Assembly (NCBI GenBank): GCA_951406725.2 | Contig: OX597832.1 | Span: forward strand, 37,882,001-37,946,000 | DNA: 64,000 nt | Reading direction: 5' to 3' | Source of the DNA: Octopus vulgaris | Taxonomy: Eukaryota | Part shown: one piece after another, positions 27,625 to 40,679 of the stretch | Layout: the number at the start of each line of letters is the position of its first letter | Position numbering within the stretch: the first letter of the stretch is position 1 | Program-made: the position numbers and the translations under genes | Notes under the pieces: model-generated | Seen by the model: only the letters and a program-made list of their open reading frames with translations | Databases searched by the model: none | Told to the model about the DNA's origin: nothing

Positions 27625-29074
27625 ACGCCAATTGCTTAGGAGGGAAATTTAGGATTTCTCCGTTTTCTGTGAATCGATTTTTATAAAACTTTTCCCACCT
27701 GGTTTGCACAATATGGCAACACCATTGTTATGTTTTCAATATTCTGTGTAACGACCATTCTTTTTTATTTCAGTTTCTTCAGTTTCTGGGTGAACCACGC
27801 TAACAGCTTTTGAATGAAAATGGTTCACCAAGAAATTTTTACTAAACATGAAGGATAATAATATATATTAATCATACATTGAATATATATTTAGCAAAAA
27901 AATCATATCATAACATTTATTGACATAATGAATTATTTATAAAAGCCTTATGAGCGCCATTTCGACGGATAACTCCAAAAACCCTTAGTCATGGAATCTG
28001 TCAATTTCTTAATAATAACAGGTTGATGTGCCTCTGTTGCAGCTTGGATGGTCGCCCTTATGACATCTTTCGGCATAAACATCCTGTTTAATGATGGACC
28101 AAATATTTTCAATAAGGTCGAGATCTGGAGATGCTAGCGGCCACACCATCAACCTTTCACCTTGTAAGCCGTAAGACCCTCGGAATGTTTGCGCGGTCCT
28201 GGCAGAGTGTGAAGGAGTGATGCCATGCATGAATACGAGGTTCCTAAGAAGTTGTAGCAGTATGTCATCTAGCCAGGGATCTAAGACCTCTTTCGGGAGA
28301 TTGCAGTAGGTGACTTGCGGCCCTTTAACCCCTTCAGACATCCCGACTGGGCCAACAAGTCTGTCTCCAATGGCACCAGCCGACAACATGACTCCTCCAA
28401 CCTGTTGTTGACGTCGTAAACGTTGGTGACGCTCATCTCCAAAATAGACCCAACAATAAGGTTCGTCAAGGATCACCCTGGTTTCGTCAGTGAACAGAAC
28501 ACAACTCATGTCTGACGTAATGTACTTTGGGGCCCATTGAAGCCTCAAACTCTTGTGAGGAGGCAGTTTTGGGGCTTCTCATACGGAAGCCATGGTTCCG
28601 AGGATGCAATTCCCGGAGGCAGTGAAAATGGCTTTGCTTGTTTGTCCAAGTTTCCCACGTAATTTGCGGCCAATATTCCTTAAATCCTTATTTGTCAGTC
28701 TTGGCGGTCCCACTATCGAATCGTTTTTTCCTTGGCGCTCATGTGGCTAAATAATTTAGTATGTCAATAAATGTTATATTTTTATGGTTTTCTGTTATAT
28801 GTATACTCAATGTATGCTTAATATCATTATTACCCTTCATTTTCTGAAAAAAAAAAAAAAAAATTTCTAGGTGGGCTAATTTCATTCAAAAGCTATTGAC
28901 ATAGTTCACTCCCAAACTGAAGAATCTGAAATCAAAAAGTAAGGACGTTATACAGAACAATGAAATCATAACAATGGTGTTGCGATAGTGTGTAAACCAG
29001 GTGGGAACAGTTTTATCAAAATCGATTCACAGAAAACCAAGAAATCCTACATTTCACTCCTAAGCTATTAACGT
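27625..29074 (-). mobile_element. Tc1-like DNA transposon (DD37E/TRT type), non-autonomous, with ~335-bp inverted repeats
   Basis: 27625-27959 is the reverse complement of 28733-29074 (e.g. cttaggag..aaat.taggatttct, ttttctgtgaatcgatttt, ttcccacctggttt); transposase remnant between the arms. Confidence 0.9.
28009..28732 (-). pseudogene. Decayed Tc1-like transposase with DD37E spacing
   Basis: VLFTDETR (D1), RLRRQQQVGGVM, FMHGITPSH (D2 position mutated to G), WPLASPDLDLIENIW (E, 37 residues after the D2 position); upstream LTNKDLRNI...SKAIF linker with stop/frameshift; N-terminal HTH absent. Confidence 0.9.
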
Positions 29075-31299
29075 ATGTGTGTGTGTGTGTATGTGTGTGT
29101 GTTTGTGTGTGTATGTGTGTGTGTGTGCATGCGTGTGTGTGTGTGTGTGTGTGTGAAGGATTAATTTCTCATTCAGATTTGAAAATATCCAGCTTTGTCC
29201 AGGTCGCAGTAAATCTGGAACATGTATTGCGTACACTCAAGACATCAAAATATATGATTAAAATTGCCCTCAAGACATTTTCCTCGTACTCCGATCATGT
29301 TAAGAGTATCGCCACATATTACATACTAAGTCAACATACTCCTTGGTATGGAGCGAGTAACCACGCACTTTAACACTATTTCACTGTAATTTGTTGCATG
29401 GAGAGAGTAACAAAACACTACATATTACATTAAGACTTACAACTGTTTAAAACTGGTAAAACGATTGTCTACAGAAAGAACAATTCTAAGAATGTTCTTC
29501 CAGGTTATCTCTTTATATATACTGCACTGAATCTTCTTTGATGATGTCTGAGGCTCTCAATGTCAAAACGGTGCGTATTAAGAATATATTACTGATGGTA
29601 ATTGAAAAATCACCGTACACTAAATATATTTGTAGTGAAAAGTTTAAAGGCAATGAATGTAGTACTGATGGTAAGTCAACATATCAGCTTCTGTCGAGAA
29701 CACCAACACGATCCTGTTTTGATCTTAGGTTGAAGCTCTTTGCTTCTAATTACAGCATATGAAGTAATGAGTGTCACATTACCTGGTCATAACTTCTCTG
29801 AGTATATTTTGTTCTTAGTAGTTTTTGTTGCTTAACTCTACACCCCACATTAACTCCATCCGAACAAACCTATGATTAAATGCATCCCAACCATAACCAA
29901 TGTGTCACCTTTTTATTTTTAAATGGAGTGATTACTTCATATACACCTGGAGAAATTTCTTCAAGGAGTACTGGTTAAGGCACCTGTACTTGGATACAAC
30001 TCGGTCAACAACTACCTAGTTGAATGGGTCATATCACACGACTTGAATTAAAAATGATTTAACGCATCCTTATTAAATTAGACATGGCTTGATTCAATCT
30101 TTGGCCGAAAGATATCTAAGTTATCTAAGTAACGCTCTTCATCCTTTAAGGCGATGACGCTGTGTTATGAGAGAGATTCAATTGCTATGGTCGAATGATC
30201 GCACAGCTTACCGCTTCTTAAGCATTTTAAAACTAACACCACTCTGCGATGATCCAGCAAAATTAAATGAACCCCATATATATACATATACATGCATGCA
30301 TGCATACATACATACATACATAATACATACATATAATTAAGAGAAATAACCTTTATTAAGTAATTCAATTGATATTGAAAGATATTATCTATATTAAATC
30401 ATTTAGAAAATATTAATTATATTATAATAAATATTATTCTAAAAGTCACTAAATTAAATAAACATTAAATTGACTACGTCGCTGTATTTATTGCATGGAT
30501 GACCACCACCCCCGCCACTAATTTTGTCAATACATTTTAAACAATACTTTGTTATTTATAACTTACATGCATAGGTGGTATGAATACTTTTCTTTTTTGT
30601 TTCCTTGCTTATTTATATTTTAAAGTCTGTTATCATAATTGTTGATTTGTTATTGTTTATTGGGAAGTACCAGTATAGAGTCCTCCCTCGCTGGTTAGAA
30701 TTCGTAAGAAGGAAAGTTGAGTGAATTCAGATTTGTGCAACAATACATCTCTGTAGGAAACACCATTTCAAACAGCCACAAATGAAATGATTGTCACCTG
30801 GAGTAGTCCTGATTTCATAAAATTTAGCATAAAAAAGGAAAGGGAACATTTTATCAGTTACATCTGTTCTAGGGATTGGCTGGTAATTATCTTATCGATC
30901 TTGGAGGAATGAGAAACTGAATTGAACTTCGGCGGGATTTGAACTCAGAATCTTGAAGAAAAAGCTAATTAATATACAACATACAGGGAAACTAAAAGAC
31001 AAAATAAATAATCCGAAATCCAAGCAGTGAAAACAATAAGTGGGATAAAACACAGGTCCCCGTTGTAGCGAAGCAAACCTCTTAACCACTCGACCATACT
31101 ACGTCTACACAAAATACATAAATAAATAAATGGCTGTATTGATAATCGCGGTCGAAGACATCAAAACGTTCTTGAAGTTTATACGTTCGAGTAACGTAAA
31201 TAATTGTAAGCACAAAGATAATAAGAAATCGAGAGAAAACGAGAAAAGCGCCATTTTATTTTGGAATGGAATTAGGCAATAGAGAAAGGAGAGAGAGAG

Positions 31300-31871
31300 A
31301 TTGACTTCCGTTGAATCTCCAAGACAATACGTGGGTTGACTATAGACATCCAACAGCAAAATGGATCCTGCTAAAGTCCCTATCTCTCGAAAGTGGATGG
31401 GTGTTGGTAAACATGTGGTCAGATAACGCCGACCATTCAATGAAAACGTCTGTTTCTAATAATATCACATCACAAAACTTCGATCGACAGAAGGGTGTGA
31501 TTGAAGATACTTCAATGCATTGAAATTCGGAAACGCTCAATCGCCAGAAGAAAAAGAAGAAAACATTTACCCAACCAAAAGCTGCATCATCAGCTATGGT
31601 GGGATACAGTTATCGGTTCTCTTTACTGACAGAGGAAAATCTTCATACGATGGCCAAATGCTAGACTGAAATCGCAATTGGTAAAATATTTGGCAGTACA
31701 GTATGTCGTTTCCAAATTTCTGGCAGAGAGAATTGCGACATGGTGCTGTTTTTTTTCTCACAGACGGTGCCCAACTGACCATTCTATACTGTGTAGTCGA
31801 CAAAATCAAAAACAAACAATGCGTAAAATTAAAGGTATAAAATGGTAACAATTTACTCACCGCACCCTGTA
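31300..31871 (+). mobile_element. Highly decayed Tc1/mariner (maT/DD37D-like) 3' fragment with right terminus
   Basis: LNLQDNTW and FDRQKGVIE weakly resemble DLNPLDY..W and FR.RIEAVIE; ends in ...caccctg|ta, a typical Tc1/mariner terminus with TA. Confidence 0.4.
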
Positions 31872-31920
31872 CACAAACACACACACACACACACACTTAT
31901 ATTATCTATCTATCTATATG

Positions 31921-31954
<34 letters not shown>

Positions 31955-32642
31955 TATGTATTACATTTATATTTGTAAGTAAATAGTAATGTACGTGCTC
32001 AGGAATTTATCTTCATATTTCCATTATCACTATAGTTTGTGTTGTAGAAATTATTGTTATTATTACTGTTTTGTTTTATGTCGCTTGTTAGCGACAGATG
32101 GCCGTTAACGCGCCTTTATTATTATCATTATTATTATAGCATTTAGGTTGTTAACACTTTTACAACAACAATCGCCAAAGATCTATCCACGACGTAACAA
32201 GGCACCAGTTTATTCTACGAAACAATATCAAAGGAAAACAAATCCGCAGCAACAAAGTCGCAAAACTTGGCGACTTGGTGCTGATGCGAGGCACGTTTAT
32301 ACAGTACAAAATATACGGCCTCCATTTACATTTATATATAAATATATTTATAACTGTGTGTGTGTATGTGTGTATGTGTGTATGTGTCTTTGTAATTAGG
32401 AGCAGTGGATCTCGAAGCAAATAAAGTTATGATTAATAGCGTGTAAAATACTGGATAGAAAAAGTAGAAAGCTGCCCTTTTCCTAGCCAAAAGCTTTCTC
32501 ACTATTTTTATGCTATTATTTATAGCTTTATTTACTTCGAGATCTATCGTTCCTAAAAACAAAGAATCATTTCACGTTCTCGAAGTTTCTAAATTCGTAT
32601 GATATAAAGAAATTTATATATATATGAGTATACACATACACA

Positions 32643-32698
<56 letters not shown>

Positions 32699-34072
32699 AT
32701 ACACATACATGCACACATATGTATTGATACTTGTATGCATTAACGCGGACACATTAACTTTCTAAAGTATATAAGTACACACACATCAATACTTATGCAC
32801 AAATGTGCAGGACTATGTATAAATTCATACCCATTTGCAGAAACAGAGACACATGTATGTATATTTGCATGTACATAAACATGTATTTTTACTCATATTT
32901 TAAAATTTATATAAGCGATATATGTACCTCTCCCTATGTATGTGTGTATGTTTGTATTATATGCACGCATGCACACACACACACACACACAATCACATGT
33001 GTGTACACCGTATAGACATGCAGTCAGTCACGGCAATATGCAACTTCTTAAACGTTGGGATTTTTTGGTGTTGAAAAAAAAAAATCAATAATTGCAGATA
33101 ATATTCCCGCCAGCAATGAGAGACTGCAACATTGCACACTAGAACCGCATATGTCAACATGGTAATATGCCATCTGATGCAAATATTTACAATGGTTCGC
33201 CTATTTTTAGATCCATCTTGTGGATTCCTCCGTTTACAGAAATTGTGTTCTTTAAACCATTCCACTTTTGTTTTGGTTAAACAACGGCCAGGACGCATTA
33301 TTATTTGAGCTGGGACTGAATATTAAAGACTGTACTACTGTACAGTTTTATGTATCAGCAAACCATGCAGGAGATTTGCCATGATGTTGGGTGGTATAGA
33401 TCTGTCTTTGATATGCCATTACACCTCGCTGGTGTTGGTTGTATAAAATTGTTATGTCGTTCCTGCAGGTGCTTGACTATAGAAGTGTATAGTTCATGCC
33501 ATTAAAATATACTTTGTATTGTATAGTGTTTGGAATGACGTTTGATGTCATTAAAGTCGACATTTATTAGATCACGTGTTTACAGATTTGATATCTATTC
33601 CATGTAATACACCTGGTGGATCATATAACTGTACAGGTGATCCATCATTAAACTAATGTTTTGAAAATTGCCGCACGAAAAATATGATTTTAGATTGTTT
33701 CACTAGTGTATAGGAATGCTTTATCAATAAGTTTTATAGATTGGTACTTATCAAAATACTAGTCTATTCTTGTCAAAAGTAACGATAATTTGACTAATTA
33801 TTGAGAATGCTTTTAACAGAAGCAAAACCAATTCTTTCTTGCCGCAATATTCACAGCACACACACACACACACACGCATACATACACACACACACACACA
33901 CACACAACACACACACACACACACACACACACGCATACATACACACACAATACATTGAGCAATTTATTTTTAAAAGAAGCACAAACTTACGTCTGCGCGT
34001 TTGTTTACGCACGTACACGTGTATGCGTGTGTGTGTGTATGTGTGGGCATGTGTGTGTGTGTGTGTGGGGGC

Positions 34073-34103
<31 letters not shown>

Positions 34104-34914
34104 GGAAATAACTCGCACTAATAGTGTTTCACTCATAAACACTCCAGCCAGTCTTTAATTTAAAGCTCTCACTGTCTGCCACCACTTCTTTGCCAACTGC
34201 ACCCGTCAAAGATGACAGATATCACTCATCCTTCCACTTTCATTTTATTGCCTCCACTAAAGCTCACTCGATTAGTTTAGCACGATAGCAGATAAATACA
34301 CACAGCTAATTATCAAGAAGATTCGTTTCTATGCACAAGAGCTCCTTCCACTCAAGGCGTCTTCGATTGCATTCTATGGCATTTTGAGCAAGTGCTTTCT
34401 ACAAATGTCTCGTGTCAATGGAAACATTGTAAGTGAACTTGAGAAGATGGAAACTGTAGAGAATCCCGTTGGAAAGTGTGTTGGTGTAATTCAAATGTAC
34501 AACTTTGTCCCACACTGCATCACACTGATTCCGCTTAGAATAGCATGAAGATTATACATGTCTCTGGATCATTTAGCTACTTACACGGTAATTTAATGAG
34601 CAGATATTTTAGTTGACCGGACAACTGAATGTTCATCATCTGATCCGGCGTAATTTTATTGTTGACTTTGATTAATAATATCTGAATGCACCATTCATCC
34701 ATATATATATATATATACACACAGTTTATTTAAAAGCAACAGAAATATAAAAAAAAAAAGGTAGGATAATAGATATACCAGTGATGGAACAGTCCTGAAC
34801 CGTAGAAACTGCCATTAACTTGATTGCATTGGCGTATAGATTTATTCGATAGATCAATAGTTTAAGCAATATGACTGATATATCTGGTATTGGTAGAATG
34901 GTGCTAAACAGTAG

Positions 34915-34986
34915 AAGCTGCCATTGAAAGTGACAATATTGTGATATACCAAGCTGCCATTGAATGTGAGGATATTGTGATATACC
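34915..34986. repeat. 36-bp tandem duplication
   Basis: aagctgccattgaa.gtga..atattgtgatatacc twice. Confidence 0.9.
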
Positions 34987-35689
34987 AATGATAAATGTCG
35001 GTAGAAGGGTTAAGGTTTACCGGTGGTTGAAGTGTACAAGAACACTAAAAACTGTCACTGAAACCGGTTGTACAATGTGAAAGTACAGTTGGTATTTTAA
35101 CATTTAAACAGTTCTACTTGTTTGGCGCGCTTTTCCTGAAGTGAGCAAGATTCATGCAAAACGTGGGGAATCCAACATAGCCAAAGCTAAAATGGTTCGA
35201 ATCAACTACGGAACTAAAAAGAAAGGAAAAAAAAAAAAAAAGGAAAGGAAAGGAAAGGAATAAGGTAAAAAGAAAGCAGTAACAATAACAAAATAAATAG
35301 AAGTTAGAATCAAAAAGAAAGGGAAATAAAGAACAGGAAAAATATCTCGATACGATGAAATTTTTGATTTTGACATGATTTTGCCGAAGAAAAAAGCTGA
35401 TTCTTCTGCAGACAGATTGAAAGGAAATGGTTGTAAATGAAAGGCGTAAACGAGCGAAGAATAAATAGCGAACACTCACTGAATAAATAAAGTAACATTC
35501 TGTACTTTATACGAGGACGTCTGCTATTGAATTAGTCTTTTAACATCCGGTTGTTTATCATTTTGCTTTATGTGATATCTTCACCACAACAGCAACGGAA
35601 GAGGAAACAATATGGACGATATCCTTCGTTCTGATATTGTTTGCTTTTATAGCCTCTTTATCAGTTTCTTCCCTTCTCTCTTTCTGTCC

Positions 35690-35725
<36 letters not shown>

Positions 35726-35780
35726 TACACACACACACAAACTTTTCAGCATCTTAATATTTCTCACAAACATAGACAGT

Positions 35781-35816
<36 letters not shown>

Positions 35817-36729
35817 TACTCACACAACCTCACTCTTTAAGATGTTTTGGTACATGTGCGTGCACAAACACGCATACATTCCCACTCACAAACACAGTCA
35901 AGCATTAACCAACAGACACACACACTCACACACACACATACATCCTCTCTATGTATCTTTATCTTTCTCAGATTCGCACACACGCCTTTCATTTTACTCA
36001 ATGTCGCGCAAACATAACCATCATCTCTCTTTCATTTTGACTCATCCACACTATAGCAAGTGCAAACACACACACACACACACACACACACTTTACTACT
36101 GCGACATACACACTTTAAACTCTCCTTTCCAGATCTTCATATCTTCCCATTCTTTCTCCTTTTGTAACATCTTCCGCACTCCATCTCTACTTCCTCTTTC
36201 TCACTCTCCTAAGACTCTCCCTCTCTTTATATATATATATATATATATATATGTTTATATATATTCCATGTTTTTGTTCAGTTCTCTCATATAACTTCCA
36301 TTGAAAGCCACCACCAGTATAACATCGCCCCCCCCCATTACCTCCAGTCCATTCAACCCTCTTATCAATAGAACAAAATATAGCCATTGTTTCTTTATGT
36401 GGCACGTAGGAATTATCCTTTAGTAAAGAATAAAAAACAACAACAACAGTTATAAACAAGCAAACTCTCAAAAAGACAAAATATTGTTAAACAACGTTTG
36501 TTCTACAAATGTCCTTTGATTCGAAGAGCAACAAGAGATTTCCTTATATGGATCACTGGAAATTTTGCACTTTATAGCGAGATGATCATTACAACTTAAA
36601 TATCTCCCGGCTTTTCCGTAACTGATCCGTTATATGTCGAAAACTGGAAACGTTTATTTAAACAGTTTCGTGACATTTTTCAAAAACAGAGGGAAATGTA
36701 AACATAAAAAAAAAAACGAGGTAAAATGA

Positions 36730-36795
36730 TTGACTTCCGGTGGGCTGATTCTTCGATTGAGTGCTGTAACTACGTCACTTCCTCTACGTCACTAA
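36730..36795. promoter_or_regulatory. ETS/CRE motif cluster, candidate promoter
   Basis: acttccggt (ETS), ctacgtcac twice (CRE half-site), cacttcct (ETS) within ~65 bp. Confidence 0.3.
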
Positions 36796-37260
36796 TGTCA
36801 TTGCAAATAGTCAGTCGGAACTTCAGTGAACGCATATCATGATCTGATCTTATCAATGCATCCTCCTCCACTTTCACGTAAGAAAGGAAAAGGTGAGTAA
36901 GGAGAAGGAGGCGGGGGAGACCGACGAGGAGGAGGAGAAGGAGGAGGAGGAGGATTTGTGTTCACCTGGACAAAGAAGTAGCAAACGACACTATTGGATT
37001 TCGATGAAGCATCTTGAGCGTATGATTGCCAGCTACGCCCAGAAAATTACAGCCTTTTATATTCGCATTAAAATGTAAGGAAATGGATCTCCATCGCTTA
37101 CTGCGAGGATATTCCTATTGATCGAACAACTAACTGCATTACTTGCCCATAAATGGTCTGAGATTATTTTTTTTTTGGTAACTCGTGATTCAGAAGCAGA
37201 ACCACCGAAATAGAAATTACTCTTGGGACAAAGGTGAAATACCAGTAGAAACCATTTGAA

Positions 37261-37491
37261 GGCGGCGAACTGGCAGAAACGTTAGCACGCCGGGCGAAAT
37301 GCTTAGCGGTATTTCGTCTGCTGCTACGTTCTGAGTTCAAATTCCGCCGAGGTCGACTTTGCCTTTCATCCTTTCGGAGTCGATTAAATGAGTACCAGTT
37401 ACGCACTGGGGTCGATATAATCGACTTAATCCGTTTGTCTGTCCTTGTCTGCACCCTCTGTGTTTAGCCCCTTGTGGGTAGTAAAGAAATG
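37261..37491 (+). mobile_element. SINE family B (Meta/MESC-like), young full-length copy with 13-bp TSD
   Basis: Pol III-like head (tggcagaaacgttag; gttcaaattcc); domain gactttgcctttcatcctttcgg.gtcgat.aaatgagtaccag; TSD agaaaccatttga at 37247-37259 and 37492-37504. Confidence 0.92.
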
Positions 37492-37734
37492 AGAAACCAT
37501 TTGATGACCTTCTGCACAATTTTTGCCAGCTAAGCTTCACTGATATGGCCTAGGTCAACTGCACTTATTAATGACACCATAGAGTAAAATCGAACCGAGA
37601 ATGTCGTGATTACGAAGAGAACCTATCAAACATTCCACTAAGTCATGCTACACATAATAGTGGTTTGGGAATTTTGGTACAAGGCCAGCACTTGTCCAAC
37701 GTGCTAACGGTTCTGCTAGTTCACTGTTTTAATA

Positions 37735-37875
37735 ATTATAATAATCCTGTTTACTATGTCTTGCCTGAAATTTGGGAGAAGGGGATAACTAATTACACTG
37801 ACCCCAGTACTCAGTCGGTACTTAATTTATTGACTTCGAAAGGCTGAAAGGCAAAGTCGACCTCGGTAGAATTTA
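37735..37875 (-). mobile_element. SINE family B, 3' part
   Basis: gaccccagtactc...tgaaaggcaaagtcgacctcgg is the reverse complement of part of the 37261 copy. Confidence 0.75.
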
Positions 37876-38890
37876 GAAAAATGAATAATACATAGAATCC
37901 CCAATCGCTGGTCAGTCTACCTTGGGTATTTCGAAAAAATCACCACACAAAATGTCCCGGATTACTCTGGCATCTCCAAGGCACAGGATGTGCCATCTTG
38001 CAGTTTCGTTCCTCCTACTTAGAAAAGCATACTCAGAGTTGCTCCATTCCGCTTCACTAGTGTTTCCGTTTTCATCTGCCTTTCAATAAACACACCGTGG
38101 TTCTTGATCTGAAGTTCTGATCAACTGAACTACCAAGCTCATCGAGACAGTGAATAAGTGGCTGAGTATTCCCCAGACATGTGTACTCTTAATCTAATTC
38201 ATGGACAAAATGAGCGAGACCTTGTATTGCAAAGTTGGACTTTTAAATTGTAGGTAAAGCTTCCTATAATGCATACTTACTTTCTTTCTCTCTCTCTCTC
38301 TATCTCTCTCTCTCTCTCACACACACACATACATAGATAACGACGCTTTGTGAAGTAATTTTATACGTCTTTATATTCATACGTGTGACAAAATCCATAG
38401 AAGTATGTTTATATCTTAACTCCTATACAATTGACAAGACGAAGTAAGACAGAACTTAGGTCGAACTACACACACACACACACAAGTCACTAGATCGAAC
38501 CGTGTAAAATACTTCATATACATTCCAAAAGCAGATTTAAAAGAACGACACAAAACAAAAAAAAAAGAGACGTTAATAATAATAATAAATAATAATAATA
38601 ATAAATAATAATAATAATAATAATAATGATAATAATAATAATAATAATGATAGCAACAACAACAAAAATAATAATAATAACAGTTGATAATACTGTAACA
38701 ATAAAAAATAAGAAGTAAAAAAAAGACGAAATAAAAGCAGCTGGTGCACCTGCTAATAACAGCTTTCTGCATATAAATTAGTGCAACTGACAAATTGCAT
38801 TGAAATTGTGCATTTGCTCGTTGTTTAAAATATATTTCTATCTTCATAGTTTAATGTTTTAAGTAATTGTTGTTATTTATTTATTTCTGC

Positions 38891-38921
<31 letters not shown>

Positions 38922-39059
38922 CTTATTCATTTCTGCTAAGTTGTTATTATTAATATTATTATTATTATTATCATTACTGGAGTTGTTGGTGTTAGTGGTG
39001 GAGTTGATGCTACTACTGACTAAAGAAATTTAAACTGAATTCTGTTATATATGTGGTGG

Positions 39060-39117
<58 letters not shown>

Positions 39118-40679
39118 CATGACATTGGTTTTTAACTCGTGAAGACAATTTGTTCTATATTAACACACAGTGTGAGAGATAGGGTTAGTTACAGGGAAAG
39201 ATTCATAGTGTGTATGTATATATATATATATATATACATATGCATACACACATATACATATATATCGTTGTATATATACACAGCAACGCCCTAGGATTTA
39301 GACTTTAAAATTGTTAAGAGATATACTTCTCTTAACACGAAACTAATGGTAGCCTAGTTAACCCACAAATAGTGTGTGTGTGTGTGTGTACACAAATGTA
39401 CATGTGTGTGAAAGTGTACTTGCTGTTGTCTAATCAACAAAGTTAGTGGGACGGATGAGGTCCAGGTGAAACATTAAATTTCTATTCCAGACAAACTTGT
39501 TACAACCTTTCCTAACACGAATGTAGATATTGCGCCAAAACCTTTCATATTAGAAATGCCAACGTCAACTTCATCATTATAAAGTCTGAGGACAAAATGC
39601 TTTATTATCAATCCTGTCTTCCAGTAAAAATCTTAAGAAAACCTCGTGGACTGGTGAATGGTAATTTGAAGAAACATTTCCAAACACTCGTGTATTGAAG
39701 GAGTTTGAGCGTAGGACATATCGTTGCATGATATTAACAAAAGTAGCGCATTACAAGTGAGCTGTTTCCGACAGCTCAGGATCACAAACACCGAGAGTTG
39801 ATTCTTGCAAGATTCAGAATCCTGATACTCGTAGAAACTCCTGCCATTCCCTAGCAGACTAACAGGAACATTTATAGGCACTCATCACCTCAGAAGCTAG
39901 ATCGGATGTCAAATGTCTCTCTTTAAGTCTCATACTCCATGAAACTCTTACTAAAATCACCTGATAAAACAAGGAAAAAAAACAAAACAAAGAAGCATCA
40001 TTTGACGGGTAGACCAGCACAAACGGCAGGCTCTTGACTGATATATAACACAAGACAATCCCTTATTATAGAACCTAATAGGGCTGTATCAAGATCTTCG
40101 GATAGAATTTCTATCCGCACTCCGTACTCTCTGAAATCGGTGGTGGATCGCAAAACTCGAGAAATCCAATTGTATACAGACTGATTTAATATGGATAGCT
40201 ACCATGATACAATGTAGCATCAAATATCCCTGAAGGCCCAGCCGTTTATTGCGGATCGAAATAGCAAACATTTCAACCTGATTCGAAACCAATAACACCT
40301 ATAGAGAAATTTTGTGACATACCTATAATCCATGTCACTAACGAAACGCTCACCATTGCTGATGTTTAAGTGCTACTATCAAATATATTTACACACACAA
40401 ACACGCGCGCACACACAATCCCATCACTACGACCACCAAGTGTATTTACTAACCATTGATATAGTAATACATCCTTTCATAAATCTGAGAGTCGAATGAC
40501 GCTAACAAACTTTCTATCGATAGTAACACCAATGATATATTAGTTACAACACATACAACATATTTATTATTGCACAATATATGTTGACTATAATACTTAT
40601 ATATATCAAATACAACACTATATATTGATCATAAAACGTATATATTAAATATAACACAATATATTGATTATAACATATA

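Noticed and set aside
36893-37078. Acidic ORF (EEEEKEEEED)
   Set aside because: (GAG)n simple repeat
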